NCBI RefSeq assembly: GCF_000012285.1
Contig: NC_007181.1
Span: 150,001 to 182,000 of the forward strand
DNA length: 32,000 nt
Origin: Sulfolobus acidocaldarius DSM 639
GTDB taxonomy: Archaea > Thermoproteota > Thermoprotei_A > Sulfolobales > Sulfolobaceae
Direction: 5' to 3'
The notes under the pieces are model-generated. The model was not told the DNA's origin. It did no database searches and saw only the letters and a program-made list of their open reading frames with translations. Position numbers and translations under genes: made by a program. Position 1 is the first letter of the stretch, and every line of letters begins with the position of its first letter. Below are positions 9,625 through 22,651 of the stretch, piece after piece.

Positions 9625-10275
9625 ATGAAATTGCCAGCATTACTCCCTATTTCTCTTTTTATAACTATCCTAATCCCACTCTGCATTTTTTCGATTGTCA
9701 CAGAGTCTTCAGTACATACTCTAGAGATCCTAATAAACGGTCCCTTACAGGTAACTATAACGCAGGGAAATAATTTCACTGTAATTAGCAAAACTACCTC
9801 ATTGAGATTACAGGGTAATATAACTATTCAAGCATCAACCCTTCAACCTGGATACCAGATATTCATTAATGGCATCAAGGCAAATACGCTAACCCTCAAT
9901 TCTTCATTGTATGATTTGATAAACGTGACCGCTGTCCCCACATATGTGGATCTTAAGGTAATTGTAAATAATGGTTCCAATGTACAAATAAGATTCGATA
10001 ACGGATCCTACATTAGTATAAAATCAAGTTCGCAATTCCTTGTAAGAAATGACTCTTATGTCTACATTACTACCCCAATAGGATCAAACAGTATTATAAA
10101 CAATGTCTCCACGAACTTTTACATACTATTTGTGACCAATGACTCAGTTGTAAATGTCACATTCGTGAAATCTCATGAATTAAACTCAAGCTCTTCTCCA
10201 TCGGTGGATTTGTTAGGTGTAGGCTTAGGGGTTATGGCGTTAGCCATCTATTTGATTATAAAGAGAAGGCAATAA
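9625..10275 (+). CDS. Putative membrane-anchored, surface-exposed protein (track start 9619)
   Basis: N-terminal hydrophobic segment (LPALLPISLFITILIPLCIFSIV), beta-rich Asn/Thr/Ser-rich ectodomain with many N-x-S/T sequons, C-terminal TM (LLGVGLGVMALAIYLIIKRRQ). Confidence 0.65.
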   Translation: MKLPALLPISLFITILIPLCIFSIVTESSVHTLEILINGPLQVTITQGNNFTVISKTTSLRLQGNITIQASTLQPGYQIFINGIKANTLTLNSSLYDLINVTAVPTYVDLKVIVNNGSNVQIRFDNGSYISIKSSSQFLVRNDSYVYITTPIGSNSIINNVSTNFYILFVTNDSVVNVTFVKSHELNSSSSPSVDLLGVGLGVMALAIYLIIKRRQ

Positions 10276-10313
10276 TACATACTTTTTATTGTTAATATAC
10301 ATATATATCACGT

Positions 10314-12212
10314 ATGAATAGATTAGGTAACGTAAGTAGTGCATTTCTTAAACTATCCTCAGAGAGTCCTATTGATTGGTTTCCGTGGAGTGATGAGGCT
10401 TTTGATAAGGCAAAAAAAGAGGATAAGCCAGTATTGGTAGACGTTGGCGCTTCATGGTGTCACTGGTGCCACGTAATGGATGAGACAACTTATGAGGACA
10501 AGGAGGTCATCGATTTAATTAACAAAAACTTTGTTGCAATTAAAGTAGATAGGGATGAGATGCCTGACTTGGATAGGAGACTTCAGCTTGCTGTAAGCTC
10601 GATTACTGGAGAATCTGGTTGGCCTTTAACGGTATTTATGACACCTGATGGTAAGGTGTTTTTCGGCGGAACATATTTTCCTCCAGAGGACTCCTACGGT
10701 AGGGTTGGTTTCAAGAGACTTCTTAATGAGATTATAAGATTATGGAAGAATGAGAGGGATAAAATATTTCAGACTGCTAATTCTCTTCACTCTTCACTTC
10801 AGAATCTAGGATATCAAAAAGTTGAAGCCCAATGGGATCAAGTGGAGAGCATAGTGAGTTATATTGCATCAAATTTTGACTTTCAAAACGGTGGACTCTT
10901 AGGTAGTATGAAATTTCCTCACCCAACTATAGATCAGCTCTTAATTGCTTACTCTTTCTACACAAAGAGTGATACTGAGGCTAAACTTTCTATGTTTACG
11001 TTAAAGAAGATGTATTATGGTGGGATCTTTGACCAGGTCGGTGGTGGGTTTCATAGATACACCGTAGACAATGAATGGTACGTTCCGCATTTTGAAAAAC
11101 TCCTTATAGATAATGCTGAACTTCTAATTAGTTACACGCAGGCTTACATGCAAAGTGAGGATATTGAAATATTGGACGCGATGAATATGACTGTGAACTT
11201 CATTCTCAGGGAGTTAAGCACTGTGGATGGGTTTTCAAATAGTGTCGATGCGGACTCAGAAGGTGTAGAAGGGTTCTACTATACATGGACGTTAAAGGAG
11301 TTTCAGGAAGCTCTCGGTGGAGAAGATATTAACTTTTGGATCAGATTTTTCAATGTTGATACTGGAAAAGAAGTTGAAGGCAGAAAAGTGTTAAGAAGGA
11401 ATTATGATTTAAGAGAATTAAGTAAAAGGTTCAAGGATCCAATAGGTAAACTGAATGATGTTAGGGAAAGATTAAGAGTCTATAGAGAAGAGAGAAGAAA
11501 GTATCCCTTTATCGACACAAATGTATATACTCACTCTAACTGTAGAACAGCTGAGGCTTTAACATTAGCTTATCCAATTACAGGTAAAGGTTTAAATGAA
11601 GCCCTTAAGGTAATAGATATGATAAACACTAAGATTACTAGAAGACTAACGGGGGGTAAAGATGGCTTACCCGAAGATTATGCATCTGCTTTACTAGCCT
11701 TATTATCAGCCTATGAGGTAACAGGTAAAATGAAGTATAGAGATCTAGCCCTTAGGATAGGAAGAGAATTAAAGGAGATGGACTATAATTACCCTATTGA
11801 TTCTCCCAATGAGAGTAATGCGTCTTTAGCTAACAAAGGACTGCTGAAGTTATCGCTTTTAGATGAGTCATTTAAGTTTACTCCTAATTCTTATTCAATA
11901 GATTCCCCTTACATTGCAGGTGTAACATTTAACTCAATGGCTTTTGAGAAAGGTTTAGCTCATATTGTGGTAGTTGACGAAAAAGACGGTAAGGCTAAAG
12001 ATCTTCACCTATCTGCACTGAAAATATATCATCCTTTCAAGGTCGTGGAGCTCGTGAGTGAAGACTCTATAGATATGCTTCCCTCTTTTATAAAATCCAT
12101 GGTTAATTACAATAAAGGTTCCAGTAGAGTTTATGTGTGTATAGGTAATACTTGTAATTTACCGGTAGACTCTTCAGAGAAGATTAGATTATTATTAGGT
12201 GGTAAAACATGA
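10314..12212 (+). CDS. DUF255/YyaL-type (SPATA20-like) protein with N-terminal thioredoxin domain
   Basis: NPIDWFPW-like SPIDWFPWSDEAFDKAKKEDKPVLVDVGASWCHWCHVMDETTYED; VGGGFHRYTVDNEWYVPHFEKLLIDNA. Confidence 0.93.
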   Translation: MNRLGNVSSAFLKLSSESPIDWFPWSDEAFDKAKKEDKPVLVDVGASWCHWCHVMDETTYEDKEVIDLINKNFVAIKVDRDEMPDLDRRLQLAVSSITGESGWPLTVFMTPDGKVFFGGTYFPPEDSYGRVGFKRLLNEIIRLWKNERDKIFQTANSLHSSLQNLGYQKVEAQWDQVESIVSYIASNFDFQNGGLLGSMKFPHPTIDQLLIAYSFYTKSDTEAKLSMFTLKKMYYGGIFDQVGGGFHRYTVDNEWYVPHFEKLLIDNAELLISYTQAYMQSEDIEILDAMNMTVNFILRELSTVDGFSNSVDADSEGVEGFYYTWTLKEFQEALGGEDINFWIRFFNVDTGKEVEGRKVLRRNYDLRELSKRFKDPIGKLNDVRERLRVYREERRKYPFIDTNVYTHSNCRTAEALTLAYPITGKGLNEALKVIDMINTKITRRLTGGKDGLPEDYASALLALLSAYEVTGKMKYRDLALRIGRELKEMDYNYPIDSPNESNASLANKGLLKLSLLDESFKFTPNSYSIDSPYIAGVTFNSMAFEKGLAHIVVVDEKDGKAKDLHLSALKIYHPFKVVELVSEDSIDMLPSFIKSMVNYNKGSSRVYVCIGNTCNLPVDSSEKIRLLLGGKT

Positions 12213-12913
12213 GATTGAAGGGAAGAAGGGTTTTAATTGCAGGTACAAGTACAGGTTTAGGTTATGCTGTAGCCTATTTTAGTATAAACGAAGGTGCTGA
12301 GGTAGTTCTTAATGCCAGAAGTGAGAAAAAACTTGTGGAAATAGTAAAATCTTTGGGGGATAAAGCCAGCTATGTTGTAGGGGATGTCTCAACCCCCCAA
12401 GGGGCTAGGGATGTAGTTAGTAGGGCTGGAAACATAACTGATTTAGTGATCACAGTAGGTGGGTATTTAGAGGATACAGTGGAATCTCCAAGTGGATTAG
12501 ACGAAATGTTGAAAAACCACATAAAAACACCACTATATTTGGTTAATGCCTCGTTGGAAAAGCTTCATGAAGGTTCCACAATAGTTATGGTATCATCAAC
12601 TAGGGCATTATATACAGCATTGCCAAACCAACTGTCTTATGCAATTGCGAAATCGGGTTTAACCAAGGCAGTAGAGATCCTAGCATCTGAATTGCTGAAT
12701 AAGGGAATAAGGGTTGTTGGTGTAGCGCCAAGCTTTATAATGGGTGATTTCGTACCAGGTAGGGATTGGAGAAAGATGAGAAAATTAGGTGATGCAGGTG
12801 CACCGCCTGAAGATTTTGCTCAAGTTATAACATGGTTATTGAGTAATGAGGCACAATGGGTTAATGGAGTAGTTATTCCAGTTGATGGCGGTGCTAGACT
12901 GAAGTGGGTGTAG
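12209..12913 (+). CDS. Short-chain dehydrogenase/reductase
   Basis: VLIAGTSTGLGYAVA Rossmann motif, YAIAKSGL active site (YxxxK) and INGVVIPVDGG-like C-terminus (VNGVVIPVDGG). Confidence 0.92.
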   Translation: MRLKGRRVLIAGTSTGLGYAVAYFSINEGAEVVLNARSEKKLVEIVKSLGDKASYVVGDVSTPQGARDVVSRAGNITDLVITVGGYLEDTVESPSGLDEMLKNHIKTPLYLVNASLEKLHEGSTIVMVSSTRALYTALPNQLSYAIAKSGLTKAVEILASELLNKGIRVVGVAPSFIMGDFVPGRDWRKMRKLGDAGAPPEDFAQVITWLLSNEAQWVNGVVIPVDGGARLKWV

Positions 12914-12966
12914 AGTACATTCTTCTCTCTAGAGTGAATATATATTAGTTTTTTATAAGTAATACT

Positions 12967-13719
12967 ATGTTCAAGGTATTACTCGAGCCTGATTTACAGG
13001 AGGCTTTAATTTTCCTCAATGAATCGGTGAATGCTCTACTTACAATTTATTCTGAATGCGAAATCTTATATTCAGGCAGGGCTAAATCACGAGCCTCTCT
13101 CTCACCGAGACTTACAATTATCAAACCAGATGGGAGTGTTATAATCCACGGACCTACTAAAAGAGAGCCTGTAAATTGGCAACCTCCAGGATCGAGAATA
13201 GAGTACAGTATAGAGAGTGGAGTATTGACAGTAAATGCTGAAAGGAAGAGACCAAAGGAAAGACTCTCCATTCTGCACCACAGAGTCTACTATATTACCT
13301 CTTCAGAGGTTAAGCCTGGAGAGTTCTTTCTAGTGGGAAGAGAGAAGGATGAAGTGGACTTCATTATAAATAACCCTGATGTAATAGAGGGTGGATTTAA
13401 GCCAATTCACCGAGAGTATCGCACTCCCTATGGTACCGTAGACCTAATAGGGAAGGATAAAGAGGGTAATTTAGTTGTTTTAGAGTTTAAAAGAGCTAAA
13501 GCTTCGCTTCAGGCTGTATCTCAACTATATAGGTATATAATGTATTTTAAGGAGATTGGAGAGAACGCCAGAGGAATCCTAGTTGCGCCCGGTATCTCTG
13601 AGAACGCTTTAAATTTACTTAAGCGGTTAGAATTAGAGTATGTTAATATTTCTGATAAGCTCGGCGATAGTACTATTAGCAGACCTATTAATTACGTACC
13701 AAATTTACAGAGAGATTAA
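12967..13719 (+). CDS. nucS: Endonuclease NucS
   Basis: Two-domain NucS layout; nuclease motif YGTVDLIGKDKEGNLVVLEFKRAKASLQAVSQLYRYI. Confidence 0.92.
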   Translation: MFKVLLEPDLQEALIFLNESVNALLTIYSECEILYSGRAKSRASLSPRLTIIKPDGSVIIHGPTKREPVNWQPPGSRIEYSIESGVLTVNAERKRPKERLSILHHRVYYITSSEVKPGEFFLVGREKDEVDFIINNPDVIEGGFKPIHREYRTPYGTVDLIGKDKEGNLVVLEFKRAKASLQAVSQLYRYIMYFKEIGENARGILVAPGISENALNLLKRLELEYVNISDKLGDSTISRPINYVPNLQRD

Positions 13720-14668
13720 GGTTCGAAGAGAGGTAAGTGGAAATCAAGGGGGCTTCGCTTCCGTAATTATTCCTGTTAGAGGTTTGGATGTAAACGCAGA
13801 GGAAAACCTCAAATCCCTTTTATCACAGGATTATTCAGCATATGAGGTAATCTATGTAGTCGATGACGAAAATGATCCCATAGTTCCTATCCTTAGGAAA
13901 TACAACGTGAAAGTTGTTGTAAGTAATAAAAACTGTGACATATGTAGTGGGAAAATAAATGCCCAGTTAGAGGGACTAAAACACGCAAGAGGGGATATAA
14001 TAGTATTTGCCGATTCAGATACATGGTTCCCTAAGTATTGGCTAAAAGAACTAGTATCCCCATTATCTAACTATGTTGCAACAACGGTGTTTTCATGGGC
14101 AAAGCCTGTTAGGCTTACAATCGGTAATATAATAAGGGCGGGATTTTGGACCTTAGGGTTCGAGAGCCAGGCTGTAGGGGGAACATTCCTTTGGGGAGGG
14201 TCTATGGCTTTCAAAAGGGAATTCTTCGACGAGAGGGTAATTCAGGAGTTAAAAACTCAGTGGTGCGATGATTGTACCTTAACAAGGATAGCCAAAGAAA
14301 GAGGAAAATTAGGTTTTGTATTCAACGCAATGCCGTTAAATTTCTACGACGAAACCCAATTGATAACATGGAGTAAAAGGCAACTAATAACAGTGTGGAG
14401 ATACTCAAGGAGGGGAGTCAATGGATTTATAATTGTAGCAATCTTCATGCTAGCTTTTCTCTTCTTGATACCCTTCAACGTATTTGCAATAACTCCCTTC
14501 ATCTTTTGGGTTTTTAAAAATATTTTGAGAAGTTATAAGATAGGTCTGTCCAATTCAATAATTCCTTCATTAGCCTCGATATTAGCAATATTTTACTCAT
14601 TGTTCTTAATCGCCTTAACTTTAAGAGAAAAGAATATTATATGGAGAGGTAAAATTTATAAAGTGTGA
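13640..14668 (+). CDS. Membrane-anchored family 2 glycosyltransferase
   Basis: N-terminal TM, ASVIIPVRG, FADSDTWF (DxD-type), QTQLITWSKRQLI..RYSRRG (Q/RxxRW-like), C-terminal TM helices. Confidence 0.85.
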   Translation: MLIFLISSAIVLLADLLITYQIYREIKVRREVSGNQGGFASVIIPVRGLDVNAEENLKSLLSQDYSAYEVIYVVDDENDPIVPILRKYNVKVVVSNKNCDICSGKINAQLEGLKHARGDIIVFADSDTWFPKYWLKELVSPLSNYVATTVFSWAKPVRLTIGNIIRAGFWTLGFESQAVGGTFLWGGSMAFKREFFDERVIQELKTQWCDDCTLTRIAKERGKLGFVFNAMPLNFYDETQLITWSKRQLITVWRYSRRGVNGFIIVAIFMLAFLFLIPFNVFAITPFIFWVFKNILRSYKIGLSNSIIPSLASILAIFYSLFLIALTLREKNIIWRGKIYKV

Positions 14669-15033
14669 ATAAGTGGAGATTGCTACTGATAATTGGAGTT
14701 TCCTTATTATTAATTGGAGTGGCTCTAGGAGATTTCATACTTTCTCAATCACTAAAGGAAATTGGCATACCACCAACATCCTCATATACAGTGAATAAGG
14801 GTTTAGTTTTAGTAGAAAACCAACAACTCGCCGCTTCTCCTAATAATCAAGTTCCCATAACAATTACCAGCCTGACTACGGATTACACTATAGTAAATTC
14901 CATGACGTCTGTGAAATCAATTACTATAATACAGTATCCACCACTACTTAATATCATATTTGGGATAATTATTGTAAGTTTAATAATAGTTCTAGTAGCT
15001 GGTCTAGTGATTTTATATAATAAACTTAAATAA
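14665..15033 (+). CDS. Small membrane protein with two predicted TM helices flanking an extracytoplasmic loop
   Basis: LLLIIGVSLLLIGVALGDFIL ... ILFGIIIVSLIIVLVAGLVILY; start overlaps the GT2 stop. Confidence 0.6.
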   Translation: MNKWRLLLIIGVSLLLIGVALGDFILSQSLKEIGIPPTSSYTVNKGLVLVENQQLAASPNNQVPITITSLTTDYTIVNSMTSVKSITIIQYPPLLNIIFGIIIVSLIIVLVAGLVILYNKLK

Positions 15034-15122
15034 GTGGACTTAAGGTTCTTGGGATCAAATTATTTAATGGTGAAGTCTTTTTGAATGACCCTACTTTGGT
15101 AATATTCATTATAGTAATATCA

Positions 15123-15578
15123 TTAACTCTTTTTACTCTCTAATGTGACCTCCTCTGCTATTCTAAAAAGATCCGGATATATCTCTCTCAGTCCACGCTC
15201 TAAGGCGTCCTTTGCAATCTTACTCATTTTAAATCCAGGAACTGTATGATACAAGTACTGTAGCACAAGAAAAGACGGATAACTCCATATCCCTATTTTA
15301 GGATCCCTATCTATGAACTTTTTCATTATTCCCTTTATGTTATCCACCTTGACCTCTGAATTTGAGTTTGGACTACTCTTCACTTCCTCTAAATCTTCCC
15401 TAGGGCTTTTTGAAGCGTCATTCTCATTAACCTTTTCCTGGGTTTCACTAGTTTTGGTCTCTGCTAATTTCTGGGTAGTAGACTTGGAAGTCTCCTGTCT
15501 GGACTCAACTTTCTGTTCACTAGCCTCTACTTTCTGTTCAGTCTTTTTTCTGTTTAAGATTAAGTCTAACTCACTCAT
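15123..15578 (-). CDS. segB: SegB-like chromosome partition DNA-binding protein
   Basis: Small charged protein with disordered N-terminus, 3'-adjacent to and overlapping segA (ATGA). The C-terminal region (KDPKIGIWSYPSFLVLQYLYHTVPGFKMSKIAKDALERGLREIYPDLF) is compatible with an RHH-type SegB fold. Confidence 0.75.
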   Translation of the reverse strand: MSELDLILNRKKTEQKVEASEQKVESRQETSKSTTQKLAETKTSETQEKVNENDASKSPREDLEEVKSSPNSNSEVKVDNIKGIMKKFIDRDPKIGIWSYPSFLVLQYLYHTVPGFKMSKIAKDALERGLREIYPDLFRIAEEVTLESKKS

Positions 15579-16237
15579 CCTTCTATCACCACTTTAGCTA
15601 AGTCTTCATATAATTGTGAAAACTTAGGTCTCTTCACTCTAAATTCTTCATATCTAAGGGCTGGAACTCCGAGTCTAGTGGCTTCAGAGAAAAGTTTAGA
15701 CTGTGGGATTGATAAGTCTATACTCTTGACTGAAGGTAGCTCAAGCTTTACAGATTTCTTACTCATGTTCGTAAATGCTATTGCAGGTTTCCTTAGACCC
15801 TGCAGTCTAGAATCCAGATTCTTGGCAGCCTCTAGCACAAGGGGTTGTGGGGTAATTGGTGTAACTATCTTATCCCCAGCAATCATGGCAGAGACTGCTA
15901 ATGTGCCCAAGTTAGGGGGAGTATCTATGACTAGAAAGTCAAAGTTCTCGGCAAGTTTCTTAAGAGAGGAGACTATAGACTCTATATCACCATTGAGCTC
16001 TAGTTTGAGTAGACCAATATGTGCAAGAAATACTTCCACGTTAAATATATTCACACTTTTTCCTCCTAATGGATATTCCCTTTTTTCCCTCTTTATTCCA
16101 AATGATATTGTAGCTCCACCTTCGGGATCAAGGTCTAGTAATGCCGTATTTTTATTTTTGGATAAAGTGTAAGAGAGATTTACGGAGGTTGTAGTTTTCC
16201 CTACACCTCCTTTCTGATTGATGACAGTGATTATCAT
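15575..16237 (-). CDS. segA: SegA-like ParA-family ATPase
   Basis: MIITVINQKGGVGKTTTSVNLSYTLS deviant Walker A; FLVIDTPPNLGTLAVSAM Walker B. Confidence 0.93.
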   Translation of the reverse strand: MIITVINQKGGVGKTTTSVNLSYTLSKNKNTALLDLDPEGGATISFGIKREKREYPLGGKSVNIFNVEVFLAHIGLLKLELNGDIESIVSSLKKLAENFDFLVIDTPPNLGTLAVSAMIAGDKIVTPITPQPLVLEAAKNLDSRLQGLRKPAIAFTNMSKKSVKLELPSVKSIDLSIPQSKLFSEATRLGVPALRYEEFRVKRPKFSQLYEDLAKVVIEG

Positions 16238-16238
16238 A

Positions 16239-16258
16239 TATAGACTCTTAACTCTATA
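16239..16258. repeat. Inverted repeat TATAGA-N8-TCTATA immediately upstream of segA
   Basis: Direct reading: TATAGA CTCTTAAC TCTATA, 1 nt from the segA start codon (16237). Confidence 0.55.
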
Positions 16259-16309
16259 CCCTTTATTTCAGATTCTTCTCATAATACACCGTAGTCTGGA
16301 GTGAAAAAT

Positions 16310-17278
16310 CTAAAGTAAATCCACTAGGTGAATAGGTTTTAAACCCATTTTTATAAAGGCGAGTGTGCATGACGGATTTGTTGAAATCACAGTATTAACC
16401 CCACTCTTCATTACTTTCTCCTTCTTTCTACTCATTACATCAGAGGATATCTGTTTGTTAAAGAATATTTGTGAACCTCCAGCACCACATTCGAAGTAAG
16501 GATCGTCAGAATCCATTATTGTCAAACCTAGTTTCTCAGCCATCTTCCTTATATAACCTTCAATACCGACAACGTGGGCATGACAGGGATAATGTATGGT
16601 AACTTTTTCATTAACTTTAGGTAATGGCAAATTTTTAGATAGTACAAACTCAGGGAAGTCATACACATCTAACCCATTCTCTTTCATAAAAGCACTGCAA
16701 TTGGAGGAAAGAGACACAACTGTCTTTCCCTTAAACTCCTCTCTTAGCTTTTGAACAATATCCATGGCTCTCTTGTTCTCACCTACATGTGAGTGAGCTA
16801 AACCACAGCAAGTATTAATGACTTTTACGTTGTACCCTAGACCTTTGAAGTATTTCACTGCTTTCTCTACACTACTTCTAGATATAACTGAGGTTAAACA
16901 TCCTGGAAATATTATTAAATCTTCATTCTGGTCTCTGTACTCTAGAGGAAGGCTGGTCTCCACTCCCATTCCTATTTTCAGAGGTAAGGCTAATGATGAG
17001 GGTTTTTCAAGTAATCTTAACATAGATCTTTCCAATGGGTTAGACTTTCTTGAATTTACGAATATCTCTGAGTACTTCACCCCACTTGGACAGGCTATTT
17101 CACATTTTCTACAAAACATGCAGGTCTTAAGACCTTCACTGTCTATTCCTAATTTTACAGCAGTTATCCTACCTCTTGGTGAGTGTATTTCTGATCTAGT
17201 TACAACATAAGTTGGGCAAGACTCTAGACAAAATCCACAATGAACACATTTTAGAGCTTCCTCTAATCCCATTCCCAC
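16310..17278 (-). CDS. GlcF/LutA-like iron-sulfur (CCG-domain) oxidoreductase subunit
   Basis: CVHCGFCLESCPTY, CMFCRKCEIACPSG (two 4Fe-4S motifs), NTCCGLAHSH and FECGAGGSQ CCG-domain motifs. Confidence 0.88.
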   Translation of the reverse strand: MGMGLEEALKCVHCGFCLESCPTYVVTRSEIHSPRGRITAVKLGIDSEGLKTCMFCRKCEIACPSGVKYSEIFVNSRKSNPLERSMLRLLEKPSSLALPLKIGMGVETSLPLEYRDQNEDLIIFPGCLTSVISRSSVEKAVKYFKGLGYNVKVINTCCGLAHSHVGENKRAMDIVQKLREEFKGKTVVSLSSNCSAFMKENGLDVYDFPEFVLSKNLPLPKVNEKVTIHYPCHAHVVGIEGYIRKMAEKLGLTIMDSDDPYFECGAGGSQIFFNKQISSDVMSRKKEKVMKSGVNTVISTNPSCTLAFIKMGLKPIHLVDLL

Positions 17279-18642
17279 AACACCTTTAACTCTTTTGTGT
17301 AAGCTTTACAACCACCTAATGTCTTACAAGGATTAAACAGCCCATATGTGTCGAAGGTTGTCTTAATTTTTTTCATCACTTCTAATGATTTTTCATCATA
17401 ATATAAGTCAAGATATTTAACTTTCTCAATTCCTATTCCGTGCTCTCCTGAGGGAACACCACCACTTTCAATAACTAATTTCTCTATTTCATCACTGGCT
17501 TTTACAGCCTTTACGAAGCTATCGAAGTCCTCAGGATTATAAGAGATAAGTGGATGAAGATTCCCATCTCCAGCATGAAATACATTTGCGATATACAGGT
17601 TCTGCTTTATAGATATTTCACGTATCTTCGCTAAAACTTCAGGTAAGTTACTTCTCAACACATTACAGTCTAAGGTGATATATGCCGGTGAGATAACTCC
17701 CATAGCCGGAAAAGCTCCCCTTCTTGCACTCCAGAACTTTTCTGGTTCCTTTGGATTAATTATCTCACCGTTATTTTCGCTTATTACATCCCTGACTCTA
17801 CTCTCTTCACTCTTCACTTGAATCTCTGAACCATCTAGTTCTATAAGCAATATCGCCTCAACTTCAGGTAAGCCTGCCCTATATCTACTCTTTTCTATTG
17901 CAATTATGGAATATCTGTCCATCATCTCGAGTGCCGAGGGGATAACTCCCTTCTTAAAGATATCAATAATCGCCTTTCCTGCGTCTTTGACGTCATTAAA
18001 AGTTGCAAATACACTCTTCCTGGATTTGGGTTTGGGATATAACCTGAGCCTAGCCCTTAAGACAGCCCCTAAGCCACCCTCTCCTCCGATAAAAATGCTA
18101 GTTGGATTCAGAAACGGTGAGGGCTTGATCTCCTCCACATTCCCGTTTGCAAGAATAACCTTTACCGAAACCACGCTATTAAATGTAGGTCCATATTTCA
18201 CCACATGGACTCCTCCTGAGTCGTGAGATATGTTACCTCCAATACTTGATACCTGGTAACTTGCGGGATCAGGAGCGTAAAACAGGTGTGGAGGACAACT
18301 CTTAGTTACAAGTGCATTAGCTATTCCAGGTCCTACCTCAATTTCCAGTCCTCTGATTCCATAAACCTTGTTTAACCTCGATAAGGAGACCACAACCTCA
18401 TCACCTTCCACAGGAACCGTAGCTCCGCTGAGACTAGTTCCAGAACCTCTAATTATAATTTTTCTTCTATTCTGTATCAAGTATCTTATTACAGCAATTG
18501 CCTCCTCTTCATTACCGGGTAGTACAACTAATTCTGGTTCTCCCTTTACTGCTGTTAGACCATCAAAACCATAGAGTCTTCTCTCTTCATCCTTTATGAC
18601 CCACTTGTCCCCAACTATTTGTTTTAGGTCTTGGATCAACAC
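17263..18642 (-). CDS. GlcD-like FAD-binding oxidase (glycolate/D-lactate dehydrogenase family)
   Basis: IIRGSGTSLSGATVPVEGDEVV, VGGNISHDSGGVHVVKYG, GEHGIGIEKVKYL. Confidence 0.92.
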   Translation of the reverse strand: MLIQDLKQIVGDKWVIKDEERRLYGFDGLTAVKGEPELVVLPGNEEEAIAVIRYLIQNRRKIIIRGSGTSLSGATVPVEGDEVVVSLSRLNKVYGIRGLEIEVGPGIANALVTKSCPPHLFYAPDPASYQVSSIGGNISHDSGGVHVVKYGPTFNSVVSVKVILANGNVEEIKPSPFLNPTSIFIGGEGGLGAVLRARLRLYPKPKSRKSVFATFNDVKDAGKAIIDIFKKGVIPSALEMMDRYSIIAIEKSRYRAGLPEVEAILLIELDGSEIQVKSEESRVRDVISENNGEIINPKEPEKFWSARRGAFPAMGVISPAYITLDCNVLRSNLPEVLAKIREISIKQNLYIANVFHAGDGNLHPLISYNPEDFDSFVKAVKASDEIEKLVIESGGVPSGEHGIGIEKVKYLDLYYDEKSLEVMKKIKTTFDTYGLFNPCKTLGGCKAYTKELKVLWEWD

Positions 18643-18791
18643 TACAGTTTCACTTTATGATTTAATGGAAATAAATTTTTGTTAACAATTAATTAGTAGG
18701 ATTAAATTATAGAAAGAACTTTTCTAAAGTGAATCATGTTGTAGAGTTATTAAACAAAATTTATTTTAGTGATTAGGTTAATAAAGGAGCG

Positions 18792-22535
<3,744 letters not shown>

Positions 22536-22571
22536 ATCAATTGTATATACGTAGTTAGAGATATAAATAAG

Positions 22572-22579
22572 TTTATAAA
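22572..22579 (-). promoter_or_regulatory. Candidate TATA box for the oxidoreductase operon
   Basis: TTTATAAA about 37 nt upstream of ATG 22535 on the minus strand. Confidence 0.4.
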
Positions 22580-22651
22580 ATGGTATAAGCAGTCTTCCAA
22601 ATGTTTAAGTAACCACTTTCATATTTATTTTATCATTATAATACCTACTGT

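Noticed and set aside
15678-16172. 164-aa plus-strand ORF opposite segA
   Set aside because: Fully antisense to a clear ParA-family gene; Ser-rich shadow translation.
16818-17210. 130-aa plus-strand ORF opposite the GlcF-like gene
   Set aside because: Antisense shadow, no motifs.
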